From an uncultured Candidatus Poseidoniales archaeon (GTDB lineage: Archaea > Thermoplasmatota > Poseidoniia > Poseidoniales > Poseidoniaceae): a DNA stretch of 64,000 nucleotides. The translations under genes and the position numbers were made by a program. Below the pieces are notes generated by a model, which was not told the origin of the DNA, searched no databases, and was given only the letters and a program-made list of their open reading frames with translations. The stretch lies in assembly GCA_905182185.1 (NCBI GenBank), contig CAJJAP010000004.1, positions 5,773-69,772 of the forward strand. Reading direction: 5' to 3'. Positions 41,418-51,300 of this stretch are shown here, piece after piece. Numbering within the stretch: position 1 is the stretch's first letter; each line of letters opens with the position of its first letter.

Positions 41418-41696
41418 GCCCTTACGTAAGGAGGTTAGTGTTTAGCATTTATTGAGGGTTGACCCCACTAAACCGGTCATGGAGGTTGTATACGATTTGT
41501 CATACGATAATATAGAATCTCGCGAAACTAAACCCCCACCATCCATCACAAAACTCGAAAAGTGCTTCGCAGTGTGGTTTTTCCGATTAGTAGATAATAA
41601 TGGAGATTGTTGTAATCGTTTGTAAGTCATTTCGTAATCAAATAGAATACTATTATATGCTGGGGCCAAGTGTCTCGGATTACGGAGGAATCGAAC

Positions 41697-42071
41697 ATGA
41701 GCAATCCAAGCAGTCTAGTTTCACTACGAATAACTGAAGATGACCTCAATTCTTTAGAATCGAGAGTCGGACTTGATGGATCCCGAAATCGCTCTGATGT
41801 GATCCGCCTTGCAATACATCAATTTCTCCAAGGACAGCCATTATTACCAGATATGGATTCTGTTCGAATCCCAATTGGCCGTGCCACTAAAATGCACCTA
41901 GGCCAGTTATATGAACTTCAAGGAATTACAACCGAAACTGCATGCCAGGAAGGATTGAAACTCTATATCGCTAATGCAATTAAGCATGATGCTGAATCAA
42001 CTGAAACATTAGAAGCTGCTCTTGAGGTGTCTCGAGCGGTTACAATTAGACGTGAGGAATACCACGAATGA
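41697..42071 (+). CDS. Ribbon-helix-helix (CopG/MetJ-like) DNA-binding protein
   Basis: LVSLRITEDDLNSL..NRSDVIRLAIHQFL followed by a second degenerate RHH-like unit; GGAGG RBS. Confidence 0.75.
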   Translation: MSNPSSLVSLRITEDDLNSLESRVGLDGSRNRSDVIRLAIHQFLQGQPLLPDMDSVRIPIGRATKMHLGQLYELQGITTETACQEGLKLYIANAIKHDAESTETLEAALEVSRAVTIRREEYHE

Positions 42072-42330
42072 GTGGGTGAGCTCGGAGGGGATGGGATGTC
42101 TTGGCAAAATGAGGGGAATATACCACATGATGCCACCTTTGGGTCTGTGTATGGCGGGGCCAGCCTACACGGATTAGCCACCTTGCGTCTACGTGCCCGT
42201 CTTGCACGAGATGGCCAAAACCCAACAGACGACAGCCTCCCCGATGACGGCGGGGAGGACTCCGATTCCACACAAGCCAGTTGAGCTAGTGGTTACAACC
42301 CGTGCCCAGACCCCCCAAATTTCTGGGCAC
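42068..42330. ncRNA. Candidate structured non-coding RNA of unidentified family
   Basis: About 57% GC (137/240 over 42061-42300) against about 40% background; four stem-loops (see findings). Confidence 0.4.
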
Positions 42331-42404
42331 ATTTACTCAATTAAGGCGTAAGCCTTGTCATCTACTCCCCAATCCTTTAGAAGGGTCGGCAATGGAGTAT
42401 AATT

Positions 42405-44504
42405 ATGACGTCGCAGAATCCATTGGATCACCCTGCGATTGAATACTTGGCTCATCAAACACCAAGACCTGGCCAAATCGATATGGTGATCGAAGCAAAT
42501 AAGTCATTATCCAATGGAGGATTCCATTTGGCCGCTGCTCCAACCGGTATTGGAAAGACCGCTGCTGCCCTTGCGGCCGCTATTGAGGTTGCCAAAAAAT
42601 CCAACTCTGATAAGAAAATATTCTTCCTCACATCGCGTCAAAGCCAACATAGAATTGTTGTTGATACTGTAAGAAGACTCAACCAATTACGACAGGATAA
42701 GGAGAAAATAACTTTGGTGGACATGGTTGGACAATCCGGAATGTGCGTTCAGCCATTTGCTAAGGAATCGCCATTGGTATTTTCTATTCTTTGTTCACAA
42801 GCGCGTAAAACTCGTGGTTGTATACCGTGGATCACACAAGCACCTAATCTTTCACAAAGGATTTTGAATAGCCCATTACATGTTGATGAGTTAGTAGAAT
42901 TAACCAAAATCCATAGAGAAAATCAAGTATTAACACAGACTTGCCCATGGAAAGTCGCCCGTGAATCAGTAAAACATGCAGATGTATTCGTTGGTGATTA
43001 CAATCACCTATTCGATGATGGTGTTCGCGAAGCGAGTCTAGAAGCGATGGGTGTTAGCCTAAGTGATATTATTATCATAGTTGATGAAGCACATAACTTA
43101 GCAAATCGAATACGTTTGACAATGGAAAAAAGATTGACCCCCACCATTGTAAGAAATACCACTATGGAACTAGAAGAACACTTTGGGTCGTTACAAGAAA
43201 ATTCAAATCTCCCTGGAAGCCAAACCAATGGTGAAGAAATAGAATTAGTTTCATGGGGATTAGATGTAATGAGGGCATGCGTAAAAACATTCGCTGAATT
43301 ATTCAATTCTTTACATACCTCACTACCAAATGGAAAAGATGAACAGAAAGTAAATGTTAGTGATTTTATCGATGCGATTCATCGGGCATGTGATATGAGC
43401 GAAGGAATTTCGCAGCAAAAGACAATTATCGGAGATACTGAACCAAAAGCACCACTTGTAAATCGTAATAAACGTTTGAAAACAATTCAACAACTACTAG
43501 CAAATGTCGATATTGAAGTCGAAACGGATTCTGATGATGCGACATATGAACCGGATTCACATCGTTTTGCAGAGATTATTGAATGTGTAAACCGTTTCGG
43601 CGAGGGCACAGCGATGACACTAATCTTTGATACCAAAGGCAAAGATGGAAAAATTGCAACTCACTTATTGGACCCAGGATTAGTCTCTAGGCCCGTTTTT
43701 GAGAATTCTTCAGGTGCAATCCTGATGTCTGGTACTCTTTATCCTCCAACGATGTATGCCAATTTGTTAGGCCTCCCCGATGGAAAAACCACTTCTAGAT
43801 CGTATAAATCACCATTTTCAGGAAGCAGAAGACCGGTATTATTAGCACATGACGTTACTACAAAATATACAGAAAGAGGCCATAATATGACTCTTAAGAT
43901 TAGAGCCCAGATAGCTGCTTTAGTCAAAGGAACTCCTGGCAACATTGCAGTATTTGTTCCATCATACAAGATGCTCAATGAAATTTTTGAGGATGCTTAT
44001 TTTCCTGGTATAACCAAAGTAACCGAATCAAGAGATTGGTCAAAACAAGATATTGACGGAATCGTTGAACAATTGAGAGATGGTAAGGAGTCGGGTCAAC
44101 GAATACTATTGTGTGGAGTATTTGGTGCTAGGTTGAGCGAAGGTGTTGATTATAATGGTGGAATCTTAGATGCAGTTGCTTGTATAGGGATACCGAACCC
44201 ACCTCCATCTGTATTGAATAACGCATTAAAGGAATATGTTTCTGAACGTTTTGGCAAAGATTTAGCCTGGCAATATACATCGACACAACCTGCAATAAAT
44301 GCCATTATGCAAGCGATGGGTCGGCCGATTAGGTCAATAGGAGACCGTGCCCTCATTCTACTCTTGGACAAACGTCATTCCGATAGAGTCTATGCTAAAT
44401 GCTACCCAAGTGATTTGTTGATGAGTAGCACATCTGGACCTGAGACCACAACAAGTTTTGCAAGGCGCTTTTTTGCGAAGGTTCATACCACAAAAGAGGA
44501 ATGA
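42405..44504 (+). CDS. xpd: XPD/Rad3/DinG-family Fe-S DNA helicase
   Basis: APTGIGKT, four Fe-S Cys (GMC, ILC, RGC, TCPW), DEAH, MSGTL, SEGVDY, QAMGRPIR. Confidence 0.92.
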   Translation: MTSQNPLDHPAIEYLAHQTPRPGQIDMVIEANKSLSNGGFHLAAAPTGIGKTAAALAAAIEVAKKSNSDKKIFFLTSRQSQHRIVVDTVRRLNQLRQDKEKITLVDMVGQSGMCVQPFAKESPLVFSILCSQARKTRGCIPWITQAPNLSQRILNSPLHVDELVELTKIHRENQVLTQTCPWKVARESVKHADVFVGDYNHLFDDGVREASLEAMGVSLSDIIIIVDEAHNLANRIRLTMEKRLTPTIVRNTTMELEEHFGSLQENSNLPGSQTNGEEIELVSWGLDVMRACVKTFAELFNSLHTSLPNGKDEQKVNVSDFIDAIHRACDMSEGISQQKTIIGDTEPKAPLVNRNKRLKTIQQLLANVDIEVETDSDDATYEPDSHRFAEIIECVNRFGEGTAMTLIFDTKGKDGKIATHLLDPGLVSRPVFENSSGAILMSGTLYPPTMYANLLGLPDGKTTSRSYKSPFSGSRRPVLLAHDVTTKYTERGHNMTLKIRAQIAALVKGTPGNIAVFVPSYKMLNEIFEDAYFPGITKVTESRDWSKQDIDGIVEQLRDGKESGQRILLCGVFGARLSEGVDYNGGILDAVACIGIPNPPPSVLNNALKEYVSERFGKDLAWQYTSTQPAINAIMQAMGRPIRSIGDRALILLLDKRHSDRVYAKCYPSDLLMSSTSGPETTTSFARRFFAKVHTTKEE

Positions 44505-44532
44505 AATTTCATACTGAGGAGGACGAAGGTTC

Positions 44533-45030
44533 ATGGACATCGCAAACAACGGCAACAATATGGAACAGTGGCAGCACATGGACATCTCTCTGAATGAGCC
44601 AATTGATTTGGCACCTGAGAAGCCTATTTCGAATGGACTAGAAGTAACTCCGAACCTACTTCATGATCAATTCCAGCAACAGGCGGAACACTTGAATGAA
44701 GTTGCACAATTACATAGTCACGTAATGGTCACTGCTGGCATGCTACCAGAGACACACATCGCTGATGTTCAGCCTCAGCGTCAATTGGCTTGGGTAATCA
44801 AGGAATTACATGGAAGGTTGAATCCTGACGGATTAACCGTCCCACTTTTGGGTGCAGATATAAATCAAATTAATTTGCAGGTATTGAGGACAGAAACTCG
44901 TGCAACCGTGAAACTGACTATTACTGAAGAAAACAATTCTACCTTTGAGAGATTAATGCCACTGCCTGAAGAAGCAACTGGTGACATCAATGCGCATTTT
45001 GTCAATGGCAGATTGCACCTTCGATGGTAA
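44533..45030 (+). CDS. Hypothetical protein with Hsp20/alpha-crystallin-like C-terminus
   Basis: TFERLMPLPE..INAHFVNGRLHLRW resembles F.R.I.LP..A.Y.NGVL; GGAGG RBS. Confidence 0.5.
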   Translation: MDIANNGNNMEQWQHMDISLNEPIDLAPEKPISNGLEVTPNLLHDQFQQQAEHLNEVAQLHSHVMVTAGMLPETHIADVQPQRQLAWVIKELHGRLNPDGLTVPLLGADINQINLQVLRTETRATVKLTITEENNSTFERLMPLPEEATGDINAHFVNGRLHLRW

Positions 45031-45043
45031 GTGTAGATTATTA

Positions 45044-45139
45044 TTACTTCTTGAAAATGAAGTACAAAATAATGCCTACTATTATTACTATACCAATCAT
45101 TGCCCTAATACTAAGACCTGAGGGAACTGAGTCTGCCAT
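45044..45139 (-). CDS. Putative 31-aa single-TM microprotein
   Basis: Hand translation MADSVPSGLSIRAMIGIVIIVGIILYFIFKK*; below the ORF-track cutoff. Confidence 0.4.
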   Translation of the reverse strand: MADSVPSGLSIRAMIGIVIIVGIILYFIFKK

Positions 45140-45346
45140 GGATTACTGATTATGCAGCAGTAGTTAAGTTCTAATTATTAGGACAACGTTTTTGAGTTGA
45201 TAAATTGAACAATTCATGAAATCTTATCTTGAGCATGATTTTGCAACATTATTACGCTATATAAACCTGAATCGCTTACATGTGGTTCTAAGATCATACC
45301 GACCCTATACCATCACTGAATGTGATTGGGCTGAGGCCAACTGTGA

Positions 45347-48300
45347 TCAAGTTCTAGGCGTGATCTTTTGCAATTGTGTAATCTCAGTGCTCATTCGATT
45401 CAATGCTTGTACTGCAGCCTCTTGGTGGACTCCACCCATCTCTTCACGGCTGTATCTTGCCATCTCGAAGGTATTGTCCATAGCAACGAGTGCATCATTG
45501 GAGATACCAGGCATGGCTTGACGAATAGCAACTTCGAACTCACGAACTGTTTCGAAGTCACGTCGTAAGAAGTCTCGCTGTTGTAGCAAGGAACACAAGT
45601 CTTGGTAGCAATTGAAAATCGCTTCTCTAATCGAATCACCCGCTGCTAGTAATTCAGCAGTATATGCGAAGATTTCAGCAGCATCTGACATTATTTCAGC
45701 AGACTTTTTCCTCTTGTACATTACAACACCTGCCGCTCCTAATGCTGCGATTAGCAGCATTAACACATATGCCCACATACTCACTTCTTGCACATCTTCT
45801 GCATATGAATAACTAGGTGCGAATCCATCTTGGCGTATTGCTGCAAATGTTGCAAGGCTTTCATCACTCAAACGTGGGTCATTGATGATGATGTCCATGT
45901 AGACTTCACCCCAGCGACTTGCATCGCCATATGGTGGGTCTGAATTGAATCCGATTTCTACAAGACCATTTTCGTCTGTAATCTTCTGTAACGGGTTACT
46001 CAATTGAGTATCGTTTCCATCATAGAGGTAGACAGTTACACTAATCCCAGGTATTCCAGCGCCAGTATCTTGGGCAGTGATTATTACATTGCCAGAAACA
46101 TCTTCATTCTTACCTTCTACAACTTTATCAATTGCGATACTGAAGTCTGCATTGACCTTAACGAATAATATCTGTGAGGTACTTTCTGCATTCAGGTATA
46201 GTGAATCATTTCTAGGTGCATCTATTGAAATCCATTGGGAACCAGATTCCATCCATGATGGAGCAGGTCCACTAACTGAGAAGTTACCGTTTAACCAAGT
46301 GATTAGAAGACCACCGATGCAACTTGCGCCTTCGCGATTATTGACACAGTCTGTTCCATTTCCTATGTGGAGAACAAGATTTTCAAAGACTTCTCCTTGA
46401 CCACCAATTTCTGCGATAGAACCAGTTAGAATAATTGGCGCAAATGTACCATCAGAGCGTGTAACTATCTTAGATGATGTTTCATCGAGATTAATTACCA
46501 TATCAGACCAAACAATTGCAATAGCATTAGTCGATGCCTCAAGATGAGCATTGGTTCCTACGAAATTTACTGTAAAGGTGTGTTCACCTCTTGCCAATTC
46601 CATTGTTGCTGGAATTACTACATTCCAAACACCAGCATCATCAGTAGTTACAGTTGCAACTTCTACATCATCGAGAATGATACTTAGCATCATTCCTTCA
46701 ATACCGTCTCTGTTTACCGTATCAATATCAAACAATCTTCCGGATAGTGCCCATGTATCTCCACGGGTAGCATCTCTTCCATCATCAAATATCAGAGTTA
46801 CATCTGAACGATGTGCTAAGAAGAAGGTTGTGTTGCCCGTATTGGAGCGATAGAAGCCTTGAGCAGGAGAAATTGCATCCATCGTATGGTCACCGAATGA
46901 GAAGATATCAGGTATTGTCCAATCATATGAGAATGCTCCTTGTGCATCTGTGGTTACGATCGCTATCATAACCCCCTCAACATTCAGTTCCACTTGATGT
47001 CCAGATATCGGATTCAATTGATTATCAACCACTGAACCGATTATTGTAATATTTTGTGATACTGCTACCGGACTTGGCATTTCAACTGTAACCAGAACCT
47101 TACTGAATACATTCCAAGTTCCACTTTCTTGACTTGGCAAATAGAACGCCGTTCCTGTAAATCTAGTTTCAAGTGATAATGGACCTAAATTCGCATCTGC
47201 TGGAACTGCATGCACTGCAGTGAACATTCCATCGACATCGGTGGTGACATTTGTCAACCAGTTTCCATCAAGCCAAATCTCTATAGTCATATTGGAAAGA
47301 GGTGAATCAACAAGATCCAGTAACCTTCCTTGGATAGTCATACTGTCTTCTCGGTCAACATCGCCTGTTGGAGTAATCAGTAGAATCTTGGTTGGAACAC
47401 TGACATTGAATGATACAATATCATTGCTTGGATGGTAGTAATCTGGGTTCGCAGGATCGCCTACCCCAATTGGGTCAACCCAATCTCTACCACCGGTAAA
47501 GCGTACTTCGATTTGGTGTGCTCCTGCACTTGTATCTTCAGGTAAGACCCAACTCAAAGAGAATGTTCCACTCATTGCATCGGTTTCAACACTTGATACT
47601 GGGATACCATCCACCAAAAGATGGACGATGGCTAAAGATTCAACTCCATTGATATAGAGTGGTAATCCGAGGTCATCTAGTAATGTCCCATTTACTGTGA
47701 ATGTATCTCCAGCCGTAAGTGCACTAGGGCTTTCCGTTATCGTCAAATTGGTTTCAGCCAATACTGCAAATTGTGTTGTCGCATTGCTACCCAATAATCC
47801 AGTCGTTCCAGCAATTCCACTAAATGTAACTCTAAGGTCTGCAGGGCCAACTGATAGGTTACTTGGAACATTTAAGGTTCCAAGTGCAGTCCCATTAGCT
47901 GCAGTAGTGAATACCGCACTGATACTAGTACCAACTATCTCGACTGTTATCGCTTGTTGTGGAACGCTTTCACCAGTATTGTCTCTTAACAAAATTTGCA
48001 ATGAAACATTATCGCCACGGTTTGTTCTATCGTTTAGAGAAGGTTGTCCAAGACCATCTATTGATGGCTTGATGAATACCAATGTTGTATATCCACGGCT
48101 ATCAAAGGTGGTATTATCTTCAGACCCTATGTAGAAATTAACATTAGGAACATATGATGCTTCCACGACGTGATTTCCTGCCATGAATGTTTGGCTCAAG
48201 GTGATTGTTGCATTCCAGAATCCACCGGTCATAACAGTTCCATTAGAAACTGTGAATTCGGTTGGATTATCATCTAATGTGAACAGGATGTTGGCCAGTA

Positions 48301-51300
48301 AATCTGTGCCATCTCTTTGTTCTAAGCCACTTCCGTTATCTGAAACGACTCTACCAGATACATTGAATGATTGTCCTGCTACTGGATTCGCCGTGATGGT
48401 ATCGACGATCAAGATTGTAGCGGCTCTAATTGTGATAGTGGACAAATTAGCGTTAGTGGATAATAAATCACTTGAACCATTGAATACGATGTTAACCGAA
48501 ATCAAACCGAGTGGATGGCTTGTAGGTACTACATGAGTAAAGTTGGCAAAGCCTTCACCATCGGTAATAGTTGGTACCAACCATGTCTCATGGAATTCTA
48601 TTGCCACATCATATCCAGCAAGAGGTTGCCACATATCAGAAGATTCAACTAACTTAGAAGTAATGTTAACGCTATCTCCACGGTTGATGATAATTGGGTT
48701 AAGTGGTTGCAAATTTTCAAATCGTGAAACACCCATCACTAGGATTCCATTCTGTGTTGACGCTGTAAGATAGAATGGAGAAGAACCTTCTACCACGCTG
48801 ATTACCAACGTTTTCATTCCTCTAACAGTTCCATTATTCAATGTATCAGTCGGAATTGAAATATTAAATGTTCCATTTGATGAAGTGATATACCCATCTA
48901 TCAGTGTTTCATTTGGATTCTCTAACCAGAATACTGTCAAAGCCACACCGCTAATCAATGGCCTGCTGCCATTATCTGCATCGAGTACTTGTCCTAACAC
49001 ATTGAAATTAATTCCAGCTGTAACAGTGTTTGGAATACTATCAATTCGGAAGTCACTGTCTACTTGAACTGTAACATTGACTATAGTATCATTACCGTAG
49101 CGTCTTGAATTACCTTGGCTTAGCCCATCTGTTAAGTCATCATAGACTACCATTCGCAGATCGTAGTATCCTGGACTAATACCTATAGGAGACCATGTCA
49201 AACTAACATTACCAAAATTATCAGAAATTACACTTCCGATGGTGACATTGGTATTCCCATAATCAAAGATAAACTCAACAGTTGCATCACTGACATTAGA
49301 CATATCGGCAACATCAAAAATTGAAGCATTAAGGAAAACCGAGTTATTCATCTCAACAATTACCTTAGAACGCTCTGATTGGACAACGAACTCCGATTCA
49401 ATACCTACCAAGACAGATGGTAGATTTGGTGGCTGAGGTGGATCTGATGGAGGACTTAGGTCAAGCAATTGGTAGTACGCGCCTCCGACTTGTGCAACTG
49501 TTTCAAAGTCCATTCCTAAACTGAAATCATATGCGTTACTAGGTTGATTAATTGGCATTGTAACTGAAAGATTGAAAGTTCCTGTAGAATTATTGAGCAT
49601 CCCTTGGGATATATCGATCATATTGCCATCTGGCAATTGCATCAGAATTGCAAGAATTGAATCATTGCCAGTAATTGGAGTCAAGTGGACTGGGTCAAAT
49701 ATATCACCGTAAATATAGGTATTAGTCCCCAAATGGTTCCAATCTTGCCCGACACTAATATTCCATCCAACTTCTGCCTGTGTCCTCAATGTACCAACTC
49801 CGATAGAAGGTTGGAAATATTGTGAACCGTTAAAATTTATATCTAGGACATAATCGTATGCGATCTTACTAGAATTCAAATCCCAACTTAGCCCTATTAC
49901 GGTAGAACCTGGGTCTGAAGTAGTATTTACCCAGTTGCCATCAAAGAAGAAATCATAATTTCCAATTGTTTCAAACCCTTGGGTTACGCCTCTATGATCC
50001 TCTATTTGAACACGCACATTTGTCGCAATACCACGCATCTGAGGCATTGCTTCAATAGAGAAGTCAAGAGTTCCTTGTAACCAATATGGAACGTTTACTG
50101 AAACATTTGCATCATCCGTTGCTAATAGAATATCTGGGAAGAAACGCAATTGAATCTCTATTTCACCTGCGGCAACAGGAGTATCTCCTGCAACGAGCAA
50201 GTGTGAAATTGTGAAAGAACCATTGACTGTAAGGTTGAATACTTCAAGCCATTCCATACCAGAATCATTTTGACGAATCGAAAGAGATAAATTTCCGAGC
50301 ATAGCAACTGGAGTCGCTCCGATACTCATAGAAGAACCGTTAATGAAAATATCATCACCCAGTACAAATACACTATTATTCGCTAACGGGCCTTCTGCAG
50401 TTGCAGTTAGATTAGGCGCATCGCGAATATCTAAAGTAATGGTATGAGTAGATGGACGTAAATGAAATTGAGGTGGAGTGAATGTTGTTATAGAATTGTC
50501 CACCCAACCAGAGTACCCAAGTGTTGCGGAAAGATTCGTTTTGAATTCTAACGGGTCTAAATCGACTACAATGCTCCAGATTCCGCCAGGGCCTACATCT
50601 CCGCTGAGATTTGTGATTCCGTTAACTGAAGAAGTAAATTCCAGCCAAACAGTTTGATTTTCAATTTCACCATTCCAAGTAGTTGGTGGATTTTCGAATG
50701 AAAGTAATCCTTGGATAACCGTTGTCGCTCCAGCACCGGCAACCGGTGAATCTATCGTTTGTGGGCTAGTGTGATTTATCACAGAATCATCCGTGATATT
50801 CACATACATATCCAAGATTATACCGTCGTGAGAAACATATCCGCTTTGGAGATGTTCCACTACAAGACGATGTATACCTGGTCGAATCGCGTTTACAGGA
50901 ATACCATTCATGGTAAAATTACCATCAGCCGAACTGATAGACGAGGAAAACATCCTGTCAGGGTCGCCGCCAGCACCAGGAACTTGGTCAGCTTCTTCAA
51001 GAGGGACGAGATAACCAATTAGTTGGATCTCGGAAAGTGGAGTACCATTTGCCACAAACCTAAGTTGCCCTGAAACGCTGAGATTAGTTTGTCCATCTCG
51101 ATCCCAAGTCAATGGACTCGCTGTTTGATTAACGATTTCAATCTCTTCCGCTGCTGGGCAGGCATCAAATGCAACCCATCCCATGTCTAGATTGCCATTT
51201 GCTGAATTTTGTTGGAGTTTAACTTCGCCCCATGTAGAACGATGTTTTGAATAGACCTCATAGCCACTTCCAGTCCAAGAACCACCGACAAAGCCAGTGA

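Noticed and set aside
41442-41669. 75-aa minus-strand ORF between the TerB-like and RHH genes
   Set aside because: No recognisable features; the region probably holds divergent promoters.
42072-42284. 70-aa ORF (and antisense 41963..42271, 42046..42273) as proteins
   Set aside because: Atypical GC and composition, no motif, and overlap with several stem-loops; not excluded but unsupported.
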